Source: Pseudovirgaria hyperparasitica
Taxonomy: Eukaryota
NCBI GenBank assembly: GCA_010093815.1
Contig: ML996575.1
Length of the DNA stretch: 20,000 nt
Strand: one strand, 5' to 3'
Within the stretch, counting starts at the first letter, position 1; the number at the start of each line of letters is the position of its first letter. The position numbers and the translations under genes are program-made. Under the pieces are notes generated by a model. It saw nothing but the letters and a program-made list of their open reading frames with translations. It searched no databases and was not told where the DNA came from. This document shows positions 9,801-20,000 of the stretch, in pieces.

Positions 9801-11157
9801 TTTGTCCCTGGAGGACATCTCAGGAGCACCGCATGCAGCATCCTAGGAGAAATCAGTGGCAAAATTCCGACTGTTTTCATTGCGTACTTACCATGAACGC
9901 GTCAAAGTCCATGTATGTGCCTTCGAGGTGGCTATGTTATGTCAGCAAAATCTTCGTCAAGGGGTGGGAAATCAAGTCTGGTGTATCTGAAGGAGAAACA
10001 AGCGAGTGAGACGAGATCTAGCGTCGTGCCTCAGAACCAATAGGGATAGGATGACAGTACTATAAGCATTGAAGAACCGCCACCTAGGGCCATGACAAAC
10101 ATGCTTAGATGCGAGACAAAACTTACATCCAACGGTAGAGAGGCTCATTTTGTAGTGAGGGTCTTCTTGCAGTCTCCGGCCTCGTGGTCAAAGCCACAGT
10201 GAGTTCTCCACTGTCCTCACTGGAGTCTGTGAATGAGGAATATATGACTTCTTTGTTTGTGATATTCATTCGATCCAAGGGGTCTGCAACAGGCCTATCG
10301 ACGCCAGGTCTAGAAGTCGCATCAAACCCGTCTACTTCTTTCTCTTGATCCCTTTGACCCAGCTGACCTTGGAGCCTGAAGTCATTGAAGCTCGAAGCGT
10401 CTTCATCCGAGTCTGAGAAGTACACTTGTCGACGTCGGCTGTCACGACGGCGCTGCACTTCGATGGTTTCTGGTTCTTCGACACGGACTGGGGCGTCTAC
10501 ATCAGATCCATTGACGCTTGCACCAGCGGGAAGATCGATACGCTCGGAGTAAGGCTGCGTTTTTCCTGGTTCTGCGCCCGCGTATGGGCTATCTGATGCG
10601 GGCGCACTGTGTGGTCGTTCCAGATCCTCTGACCCTTGCCCTGGAGTAGGGCGACTTGCTGGTCCATCATCGTCCGTCCTTCTACGATCAGGCCTACTTC
10701 GTTGACGATATACCTGATCCGGTTCATCCCAGGCAGGTCTAACCCTCCGCGTAATGGGACTTTCTCGAATAGATAGGTCGTCGTCATATCTGCGAAGTGG
10801 AGAATCTCCCTCGTCCCATGTCCCTGGACGTAGCACTCTTTGTATAGTGGGCCTCTCTCGGGTGAGTGAAACATCATATTCATACTTATGATTCCCTCCT
10901 GACCGGTGCTGCGGTCGACATGTCTCGATTGTAATCTTCGTTTCGTCGCCTTGTGTGTTGACCCACATATTGGCCGCAGAGCGGTTCCCACGCCGACCAT
11001 CCACGCCATACTCGTCATATCCATAGCCAGACTGGCGGACCATGGGTGGCGGGGGTGGCGGAGGTACGTAGCGAGCCTGATTTCGATCACCAATGCCTAT
11101 ATGTCGACGATTGGGGTATGAATCGTTTGCATCGTCGGCAGCCCGAGATCGTGCCAT
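6824..11157 (-). CDS. Large fungal protein with C-terminal CorA-like Mg2+-transporter module (two TM helices, GMN). Exons 11157-10127, 9931-9892, 9842-9422, 9370-9213, 9166-8994, 8945-8306, 8255-7851, 7798-6824; ~1280 aa
   Basis: IYAFTIVTIIFLPLSFVAGFLGMNT followed by FWAAGVPLTVVIILISLLW. Seven GT-AG introns (195, 49, 51, 46, 48, 50, 52 nt) with branch-point-like motifs join the separate ORFs into one continuous frame. Disordered N-terminus. Alternative in-frame ATG at 11172. Confidence 0.82.
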
Positions 11158-12068
11158 GTGAAAAGGTGGCATAATAAGTAACCTCTTATTTGACTCTTTC
11201 ACAATCGTTTCCCGGATGTGCTGTGGCAGGTGATTTTGTTGTTGCGAACGTGACGCGTTAATTACGGAAGCTGAGCTGAAGAGAGCTCAGCTGTCAGCAT
11301 CACCATTCTTCTTCAAGCGTGTTTTATGGGTTTCAGGTGACTAGAACTCGACTCTGAACAAATTCAAATCGGCGACCAAGTAGGTAGGATAGATTATAGC
11401 GAGTCTACTTTCATGTGATCTAGCATACTTTGTCTCTTCAACTTAGATGCGGTACGACGTTCCACTTTCATTGTTACAAACGTGCGACTCGCGTGCTTAG
11501 GTCGTGACCACTCCGAGACCACGCTAAGGAGGTAATGCCTAGCTAGCGACGATCCTAAACAACACAAGCGTGGGGGCTGATTATTCTATACCCTCAATAC
11601 TCCGAAGAAGTAGACAGTCTCTTCGTTTTCAGATGGCATATTTCGTCAGAGGTGTTACTACCAGTGGCCGTGAGTGAGAAGACTATAGGTTGTTTATGCT
11701 GTAATCATTTGCTAAGCTTCGCAGGGAGATCCTTGCATGTAACGATGCGTCTAGTGTACAAGGAATGGCATGGATTCCGTAGAAGAGTTGCATGCCGAAT
11801 GCTCAACCAGCATATCAGAGCACACTATCAAGTCCGTCTGACCGTCAGTGAACAGACAGATTCTCGCGACAGCGATATTATGAATGCTAGAAACAAAGGA
11901 AAAAGCGAAATTGCCAAAGAGCGATGACTTATGCGCGCGATATGAATCGACCCAGAACCGACCCAAGATTTGAGCGCAATACGCGTTCTACGGCGCCTGA
12001 CTCCACGCTCTATGATTATGCAGATGGTCAAAGAGATTCGTTACAGATGCGATGATGGGGTTGTGCGA

Positions 12069-14179
12069 TCATATAGACGTAATCCTACCGTGTTGAGATG
12101 GTGTTGGTTTCCCACGCAGGGTAATGACGGATTCTAGTTCTTTGAGCATGTTGGTGTTTGCTTCTCTCTGCTCACGCAGACTTTGTTGACGTGTACGATC
12201 ATCTTGGAGCTTCGCCTTCCGTTCTTCCATGGTCATTCGTGGGCGCTGTCGCGGTATCGCTATGGCCTCGAAGACCTCCTCATCTGAATTGCTCCCGTTC
12301 AAACTGGAGCGTCCAGATGTAGAAGATCTGTCACCATTCAGAGCTCTCAGAGCATCACTCGCGTCACCTTCTTCGACAGCAGTAAGACCACTGAGACTGG
12401 TAGCAGGAGAGCGAATGTCTACAGAAGCTTGTGAGATACGCCTCTCTTGTCGGTCGATGTTTGCAGCCAGAGCTGCTTTACCTGTCTCCCAGGCTTGTAT
12501 TAGAGCTTTGAGGTCTGAGCCAATAGAGTCGTACTGAGACATTAAACTGGCTCCTAGCTCAGTAACGTCATCAGATTCTTCCAACGTTCTGTTGGATTCT
12601 TCTCGAAGAATTTGCATTTTAGCTTGCAATCCACGGATACCCTGGGATAGTGCTCCAAGCTTGCGAAGTTGACCTCGGACACGCTCTTTACCTGGGGCTT
12701 GAATGTTCGGCTTTGGTGAGGCAACTGTAAATTCTGTGCTTGTTTAGCTAAGTGATTAAATTTGCGTGGCGAAATGAACATACGTTCTTCCTCGCTCAGT
12801 ATAACATTAATTTTTCGGCTCCAATCTCCTGAGATGATTGCTAGACTTTCCATCGCTTGAATGGCGAGACGCCATCGAGGAAAGTCAGACTTCCCTCCAT
12901 CAGCTTCAAGAGCCAGAAGTGAACAGAGGAAGAGTCTTCGTAGGATATCTAGACGATACTGACATACTCGCAGTGCACGTAAGCTATCTGCGTCCTCAAA
13001 TTCAAACTCTGAGGATCCCACAGAAGCTTCTTTGACGTCTGTGAGCGACAACTCATACATGTCCAAGTACTTCTCGAGATCATCTGGGGCAACGAGACTG
13101 CGAACTACTTGACACTGTTCGATGAAAAGCGGTATGACGGCGACGAAAGCATTTCGGGCGCTCCGACGCAGTCTATGACATCGTCGGCTTTGTCCCTTTT
13201 CTTCGAGCCTGGTTATAGGAGGCAAAGGGCTGCTTCTGTTCCAAGTCAGCGATTCGCTCTCACTAGTGGGCTACAAGCGACGCACATGCGGTAGCCTCTA
13301 GAGATCAGCTCCACTTCTTGGATAAAGGTCAGGGTAGTCGATGTAGATCCATCCAGGGCATGTAAGTTGGTAATGAGTGCAGTGACCGCATCTACTGCTT
13401 GGTGTCGGAGGTTCCGCAGCCACTGTCGCCTGATGTAGACGTAGGCTACTGCTATCGCTAGGGAAAATGCTGCCAATGCGACTACGAGGCGCCCCTTATT
13501 GGCAAATGCGCCAGGCCTTGTGCCTTTTGCCCAGTGGATTATCCATACCAGGACGAAGGCCGCCACCCCAGAAGCCACTGCTCCTCTCAAGGATATCGAT
13601 ACGGTCTTGTAGTTGGAGCGGGATGCCAAAGCATCATCGGCGAATCGGGGTTTCAGCGCTCCATTTGTGGTATGTTCGCTCAACAAATGAGAGGCTACGA
13701 GGATATAGCGGAAATGTTCCAAGAAGCGCTCGTTGTCTGCACGTCCCAGCCTAGAATTGACTGCACGCTGATTACATGAGACGGATTAGCAATCGTCAGC
13801 CGCAACAAGGTGATGCAGCTAACATACCGAGCATGCACTATGTATCTTTGCCACAGGACTTTTGGTTGTGCTGGGTATCGTGAGTGGTTGTGGGAGTTTG
13901 TTGCGTAAGCGAGCGTGTAGGGTGGATGGACCTCGAGGCGCAAAGGCTATAGAGATTGGTGAAGCATTTCCTGACGGGGGATCCCTTTGCGCATCCACCC
14001 AGTCTGGTTCAGCGCTGCCCTCGCCTGGTGTTGTAGGTTAGCGTGAAGTTCCACTAATCGTGTGGTGTGTAACAAAGGACAGGTATCGTCCTATGCGGGC
14101 GCGAGACGTCGCTTAGATAGAGCATCGTACCTTCGAGAAGTTCTGCGAGTGGCGAATCTTGATATATCACGCTCTCCAT
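12069..14179 (-). CDS. vezA: Vezatin / myosin-binding-domain family membrane protein (VezA-like). Exons 14179-14131, 14024-13828, 13767-13286, 13235-12784, 12733-12069; 614 aa
   Basis: MESVIYQDSPLAELLEG, FLEHFRYILVASHLL, two hydrophobic helices, IQEVELISRGYRISSPLPPITRLE, RRLFLCSLLAL, LSQGIRGLQAKM, QYDSIGSDLKAL, EEVFEAIA and C-terminal MLKELESVI, as recalled for fungal vezatin homologs. Four GT-AG introns (106, 60, 50, 50 nt) give a continuous 1845 nt frame. Confidence 0.85.
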
Positions 14180-14849
14180 GAAGACATCCTCATGCGCGCC
14201 GGGATAGTCGTGGCGAAACGGCGAAAGGCACAGCGCTGACAATAGTGCTTACAGGTGTCGAACGGAGGTGACGAACTAGAATGTCGTCGGAGGGTAAGCG
14301 TATGGAGTAGGCGATTGAGAATGTTGTGAGCGATGAGCGACGTTTGAATGGTGAGCAAGGGAATGGTGTTGTGGTGATGTGGTGATGCATGCGTGGGTGG
14401 AGGCTGATGTCTGATGAGTGAAAGCTACCTAAGAATGAGGCTCATTTGGATGCGGGCGTTCTGCAACCTGCATGCAGCTGTGCCGGAAAATGCAACTAAT
14501 TCTGCACCGGCTCCATGACTAAATGATGATCTGGCCGAACTAAGCGGGGTCGTGCGCGCCTCGTGGGCTGCGTTTCAGGGGGAAACCATCAATCAATTTA
14601 GCTGCCAACACCCCTGCCCATCTCTCCGCGATAACAACCTTAAAATCCCATCACGCTGCATATCGCATGTTACCTCCAGCTTGCCAGGGACGAGCCTTTA
14701 CACACCGCTCATGGCAAACAACCTGCGACCGTCGATACCGTCTGCGGCCACGTGGGTGGACGGTTTCACCTCCCTCCACCCAAGCGTCCTGAATGTCTCG
14801 TAGATGACTATGCAAAGTCGTCAGACTCATTCAGGGAAGGGCTTCTTGT

Positions 14850-15555
14850 GTATTTTGGTGTGGATGAATACGGTATTTTATCTAGCCTTAGCTTTCTTAC
14901 TAAGGAAGTACTACGGTATCTGGCGCAATGGATATATGGATATGCAAACCTAGCACGGGGGCTCCCTCTAATAGCTTACTCAGCCTACTTAACACCTACT
15001 TCCAAGAAGTCTATCTTTATCTCTAAAGAAGGGTCGCTGTATCCGCATGCAAGTATCATTATTTACGTTTTAGGAGTGAGAATTGAGCCAAAAACTATAT
15101 ATGTCTATAATCTAGCATAAATACTCGCGTGAACCGCTAGGAGCTACTCCGAGGTATATCTAGCGCTTCTTCTATATAACTAAGTAATTGGATATATAAG
15201 AGTTAATTAGTAATTAGGAACGGCGAAAACGTATCCGATAACTTTTCTATGGTAAATTATTATAAGAGATTTATTATAAGTAGGCTTATCGGCCATAACT
15301 AATATTATGTACGAACCACCGCACGAAAGTTATATTATATATATTTTAATAGTTTGAAAATAACTGCCCCTACACTCAGCCCATACTTTAATCCTTACCT
15401 AGCCTTAGATCTTAGGTACCTAAAGAAGAATCTTACCCTATAAGTTGGGACTAAGTAAAAGGCTAGGATCTTACCTAATTAAGAGGTATCACGTCGGATA
15501 CCTGACATAGTAACATAGAGTTAGCTATGTAATATATATATTGATTATTTTTATA
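14850..15555. repeat. RIP-degenerate repeat/transposon or gene relic, family not identified
   Basis: AT-rich with strong TpA excess and CpA/TpG loss (15181-15240: 11 TA, 0 CA, 1 TG by hand count). Boundaries approximate. Confidence 0.6.
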
Positions 15556-16015
15556 CCATGAGGGAGTGTTCCCTAGCGCGCTTCGCAAACGCCAAACGCC
15601 ATGTCTTATTCGGCAGCTTCATGTCTCTCGTTAGGGATTATGGGTGGGCGATCCCAAAGACCAGAAACAGGATATCCTCCATTCCTCTAGATTATTCAAC
15701 ATACAGCCGATCATAATACTTGCTAAACGATCTTTTCCCTACTTATGGGGTCGGGTACTGCTGGCGTTGCGCCTTTGTCCGGGCCCGGCCATGGATTTCT
15801 ACGCTATCACACAGTGATATAGCATCGACTCGAGCAGAGTAGTAGGCTCGCACTTTAGGGGGTAATTTCTGCGTCAGCGCCTGGCAGGCTGCAATTATGG
15901 CCATCTGTCATAGTGATTCTGGGGAATGTGGCGAAGCGCCACAGTTCTCCAATATCAAGTTCCTCAAAGCAGGGCAAATGCAAACAAAATGTAAGACATC
16001 TTGTGTCAAATGCAA

Positions 16016-16022
16016 TATAAAA
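16016..16022 (+). promoter_or_regulatory. Candidate TATA box for the small gene at 16115
   Basis: TATAAAA ~95 nt upstream of the predicted start, followed by a pyrimidine tract and a CA-rich leader. Confidence 0.35.
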
Positions 16023-16114
16023 TGATCCTCAGCCCAGTGAATATTGCTTTATTCTTTCCCCAACCAACACAAAAGAAACCACCCAGAGCTATCTTAACAA
16101 GCTTCAAGGCCCAA

Positions 16115-16409
16115 ATGTAAGCTTTGAGACCAAACTGCATACCTCATTTGAGATAACAAAGCAAGGTGCACCATGATTACCACCATCGTTGCTTGGTACG
16201 ATGACGAGGGCCATAGACGAACGCGAACGGAGATAACGAGAAACGACTGCGGGGTGAGCACTTGTCCCATGTCCGACACCAATCCGAATAATAGGACGGT
16301 ACTACAAATGCATACACAGCATTATTGCGCGGATGCAATGACGCAGCTGTTCGAAACCACACAGCGGGGACGCCAGGAGGATGACGAGATCGTATCAGGA
16401 TTGGACTAA
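16115..16409 (+). CDS. Small uncharacterised Cys/His-motif protein (81 aa; 78 aa from ATG 16173). Exons 16115-16116 + 16166-16409
   Basis: A 49-nt intron 16117-16165 (GTAAGC...CTCAT...GCAAG) creates AT|G TGC ACC ATG, giving MCTMITTIVAWYDDEGH...DCGVSTCPMSDTNP. Upstream TATA-like box. Confidence 0.45.
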
Positions 16410-16439
16410 GACCAATGTAATTTGCACACGGTTGGGCGA

Positions 16440-17270
16440 TTAGTCCGAATGTCTCTTTTTATTCTCTTCTCGAATCCATGCTTCGATCTTGCCTATAGCA
16501 ATAAGGTCATGCTGCTGCGCAGACGTAGTATAATCTTCATCAATCCAGCCAGGCGTGCCTGCTGAAATAAGATTTTCGCCAAACCTTTTACATGACCCAA
16601 AGTCAAGTATGATGGGATTATCTTCAGTATCCAGGGCAATGTTGGTAGGATTAAGGTCGTTGTGCGCGAGTCCTAGGGAATGGAGGTGCTCAATCCCAGC
16701 GCGTAGGCCGTCCATACAAACTGCAATATCCAGATCACGCGGGTCATCTTGAAATCGATACTGCAACATAACATCGTATTTTTCGAGAGCAAGTCCAGTA
16801 ATACGCCCACGCTTGACGGTACAGCCATGGTATTTAATAATGTTCGGGTGACGATGTTGGTCTTTCCCAAGGAACTCAAGTATCTCGGCTTCTTCGAGAA
16901 GCATGCGAGGGATGAGCTTCAGCGTGTACTCATTCCCTGCACACGAGACTTTGGGTCGTTTGATATAATAGTTTTGCCGCTCAAGTTCATCCGACGCGAC
17001 GATAGATATCCTTTCGTCATAAAGCGGATAGATCTTCTCATCGGGAATCTTTCGCAGCTCGCGTTGCAGAATTTCCACCGTCAAGTAGTATTTTCGAACT
17101 CCCGGTAACTCACCATACCAGACGGTACCATCTTTTTCGATATAGGAAAAGAACGAGCGGAGGAATTTCCCGGTTTCATAGTCCTCGATTTCGCCGCGAG
17201 TCGTCAAATCTCTCACGGAGCGAATCTCTGGATGTGTTGATAAGTTAAACTCAACCTCATGGACAGCCAT
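16440..17270 (-). CDS. Short atypical protein-kinase-like protein (276 aa, intronless)
   Basis: YYIKRP (beta3 Lys), EAEILE (alphaC Glu), HPNIIKYHG, HNDLNPTNI (catalytic loop), DFGS, GTPGW. No GxGxxG loop or APE motif; C-lobe truncated. Confidence 0.85.
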   Translation of the reverse strand: MAVHEVEFNLSTHPEIRSVRDLTTRGEIEDYETGKFLRSFFSYIEKDGTVWYGELPGVRKYYLTVEILQRELRKIPDEKIYPLYDERISIVASDELERQNYYIKRPKVSCAGNEYTLKLIPRMLLEEAEILEFLGKDQHRHPNIIKYHGCTVKRGRITGLALEKYDVMLQYRFQDDPRDLDIAVCMDGLRAGIEHLHSLGLAHNDLNPTNIALDTEDNPIILDFGSCKRFGENLISAGTPGWIDEDYTTSAQQHDLIAIGKIEAWIREENKKRHSD

Positions 17271-17385
17271 GTCAGAGTCTGATATGATTGCTACGTGTGA
17301 CCTCTTGGTTGTAGGTGTATAAAGTGCCGGACAGATTGTGCAAAGAATGAATGTTTACGGCTGGAACATTCCTACGTGTAGTGTG

Positions 17386-17431
17386 CTCCACTAATGACCC
17401 ACTCCACGTGACCCACTCCACTAGTGACCCA
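17386..17431 (+). repeat. Three imperfect tandem copies of CTCCACTAGTGACCCA
   Basis: CTCCACTAATGACCCA (17386-17401), CTCCAC--GTGACCCA (17402-17415), CTCCACTAGTGACCCA (17416-17431), followed by ~190 bp of AT/TpA-rich sequence. Confidence 0.85.
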
Positions 17432-17760
17432 TGTGATTAATTTGGGACTTTACGGGGTGTATAATTGATTAGTGAGTAGTTCTTAGGTATTTAGTTTGAA
17501 TTATCTAATAGTGGTAAAAAAGAAAAAGCATATGTAGATTAATACTTAGAGAAGATGATCCAGTCGGTACTTTCGTTATGTTTATATAACTCTAGAGTGC
17601 TACTAATAGAGCGGGCAGTAGCTTGCGGGGGCCTGAGGCATCCATCGATGGAGAGAACGCCTGAAATAGGCCACAGATTGCTTGAAAACCCCAATTTCTG
17701 TCCGTGCCGAACGTTAGCGCTCATCGACGTTGATATATATGTTTGGAAATTTCTCTCAGT

Positions 17761-19310
17761 ATGGAATGGGACGAACGAGCAGAGCATGCCAATGTCATGG
17801 CATCCGATGAGTGGTTCACCAAATTCCGGATACGACGAGGCCCGCCTATTGCCAATTGGGTCTCTTCTTTCCGCAGCGACCATCCAAGTGAGGTTGTTGA
17901 AGATCTTTGTGGTTCCTTCAATTGGAGCTGTCGCGTACGCTTCGAAGACAGCGTAGAGTGGCTAGTTCGTTTCGCCGTGCCTGGAAGAGTTATGGACGGA
18001 GACGAGAAGCTACGTCGTGAAGTCTCAGTGATGCACTTGCTTAGAGAAAAAACAAAGATCCCGGTGCCTAAGGTTCATGCTTGGGGTCTGTCAAAAGACA
18101 ATGCTCTAGGGTTAGGGCCCTTCATCATAATGGAGTACATTCCGGGCGGCGAATCCCTCGGTCATCTTTGGCGAGAATCAAATGAGAAGCGGATATTAAG
18201 ATCCGATATCAGCGAACGGGACCTGCGCACCGTGTATCGCCAGATAGCGGGCTTCTATCTCGAGCTTTCGAAATTAGAGTTTCCAAATGTTGGGTCTCTA
18301 TCTATGAAGGACGATGAAAGCATTCAGGCGGACTTGGGGCCGCTAACGCTTAAGATGCAAGAAATAGAGGCACATGGAGGAGTCAAAGTTGGAGGTATGT
18401 AGAGTTGAGTTTCTTACTGATTTAAATGCTATCCTAAACCTGATAAGGCAACCGCTCGACAACATTCCCATCCGCGAGAGATTACTTCGACTACGTCGCT
18501 GAGCAAGATATGGAACATTTGTGCGAGCAGCCCAGCTCAGTCGACAACGATGATGATGCCAGGGCCAAATTCAGGTTCCGCCATCATTTCAACGCCATTA
18601 TTCCACGCTTTGTGGCCGATGAGTATAACCAGACCGGCTTCCGACTAATGTGCGATGATTTTCGCTACGGGAACATGATTGTCAACAACGCAAAAGATCT
18701 TAAGATAATTGCAGTGATAGACTGGGAATGGACATACGCAGCGCCGTACCAGATGTTTTGCTCAGCCCCACGCTGGTTTCTAATAAAACCCCCAATGTTC
18801 TGGACAGCGCCCAACGGTTCTGAATACGAACGATACAACGCATGCCTAGAAATCTTTCTTGAAGAGCTTGAACAAGAGGAGAGCGATAGATACAAGGTCA
18901 CGCCGCAGCTTGAGCCTCTGAATCGACTATCTGGCCTTATGCGAAAGTCCATGACCGACGGCAGGTTCTGGTTCCACGAATTGATCTACGACTGTTTCAC
19001 AGTCGCCGAAAACACAGCCTGGAAAGCCATTCGCGATATCTACCCTAATACCGATGAGCTTGCTCCTATCTCGGAGCCAGAGCTCGAAAAGTTTGTCAAG
19101 AAGAAAATGGAGGACTTGGCGGCGTATAAGGCAGAATGGGACGAGATGAAAGCGATCATCGATCGCAACCAGGCTGAAATGAATGAAACGATGCAACAAA
19201 TGGCGTTGGAGGATTCAGAAACTAGTGGATGTAGTACGGAGCAAGTCGAGGTTGCGACGAAAAATGGAGACATGATCGAGAACCTTGGAGGAGCCGACCA
19301 TCTGGAATGA
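17761..19310 (+). CDS. Aminoglycoside-phosphotransferase/choline-kinase-like (APH family) protein. Exons 17761-18394, 18448-19310; 498 aa
   Basis: GSFNWSCRVRF, WLVRFA, EKLRREVSVM, IPVPKVHAWG, GPFIIMEYI, LMCDDFRYGNMIV (Brenner-type loop) and VIDWEW. A 53-nt intron (GTATGT...TAAG) joins the two ORFs in frame. Confidence 0.88.
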
Positions 19311-19824
19311 ACATTGAATGAAAAGTAGAAGAGAAGCCAGCAGACGTATGAATGCGTGTAAAGTGGTCAGCGATACTTTGTCTGAGGCAGCTCTATATGA
19401 TCAATTAACGCGTAGCAACACAATCCTATACTTCTATATGTCTACTAGATCTATTTGGAGATATATTGATAATTATATACTTGAGAGCGCTGTATCTATA
19501 AAGAGCTCTAGGCAGAAAAGGAGCGTGTGGGACGCATATGTGGGGTGGGCACTTTCGTAAAAAAGAAGTTATAAAGTTCATGGATCTAACTAGTCTATCT
19601 GCGGTCGTTACTAAGCACAGCTGAAGACCTTATATTAGTAAGCATGATGAGTTAATACACCCGGACCCTACAGCATTACATATCAAGCTTCCCGGCCGAA
19701 AACACGACAACAGCGAGAACCGAAATTTTTGGAATTCAGTCGATCAAACGTACGCATATACCTTCTCATTAGGCTACTTGACTTGCTGTGAGCCAGGCGC
19801 ATCGCCCAGTGCGACCCGGACACC

Positions 19825-20000
19825 ATGGCAGCCGCGTGGCCTCAAGTGATGGTGTGGCCCACCGCGCTCCGCGAGCACGCAACTCATCTCAGCAAGCACC
19901 TGCGAGACATCCTCCTCAACATCGAACGCTCGCAGGATCAACCAGTGCCCTCCGATCAGGTCAAAAATATCATTATGGGCACGCTCGGCCTGGTCCTTAA
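19825..20000 (+). mobile_element. Probable ORF1 (gag-like) N-terminus of a fungal non-LTR (LINE/Tad1-like) retrotransposon, running off the window
   Basis: An ORF missing from the supplied track, from caccATG 19825: MAAAWPQVMVWPTALREHATHLSKHLRDILLNIERSQDQPVPSDQVKNIIMGTLGLVL..., open to the window end. It resembles, from memory, the N-termini of fungal zinc-knuckle/LINE ORF1 proteins. No RT or CCHC motif is visible in the window. Confidence 0.55.

Noticed and set aside
9932..10126. Possible stwintron or recursive splice site in the 195-nt intron (CCTAG|GTGGCG)
   Set aside because: The internal donor is poor, and excising an inner intron does not rebuild a consensus donor.
11200..12060. Short ORFs and possible ncRNA in the intergenic region between the CorA-like and vezatin-like genes
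   Set aside because: No coding motifs, and no tRNA, 5S or snoRNA signature that I could support.
14752..15120. 122 aa ORF
   Set aside because: GTG start, within RIP-degenerate DNA, Tyr/Ile/Leu-biased with no motif.
17386..17431. CRISPR-like appearance of short repeats
   Set aside because: The units are directly adjacent without spacers, the context is eukaryotic, and there are no cas genes.
19788..20000. 70 aa ORF from the supplied track
   Set aside because: GTG start; the overlapping frame from ATG 19825 has a better start context and resembles a known protein type.

Overview
Eukaryotic DNA, most likely from a filamentous ascomycete (Pezizomycotina): short GT-AG introns with CTRAY-type branch points and RIP-like TpA-rich relics. 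From left to right: a ~390 bp TIR-bounded MITE-like element, a decayed short-chain dehydrogenase-like pseudogene, low-specificity L-threonine aldolase (GLY1-like, with an upstream exon that appears to encode a mitochondrial presequence), a 4-exon S9 dipeptidyl-peptidase V-like gene, an 8-exon ~1280 aa protein with a C-terminal CorA-like GMN/two-TM module, and a 5-exon vezatin-like gene. The last ~5.5 kb looks accessory: a RIP-degenerate relic, a small Cys-motif gene whose ATG may be split by an intron, a short atypical protein kinase, a divergent APH/choline-kinase-like phosphotransferase, and the probable 5' end (ORF1) of a LINE-like retrotransposon. All exon models were derived by hand and are frame-consistent, but none is backed by transcript data. 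Family assignments come from motif recognition, not database searches. No clearly novel system is demonstrated. The best leads are the hidden GLY1 presequence exon, the three-gene kinase-fold island, and repeated C/A-to-G/T skew domains.
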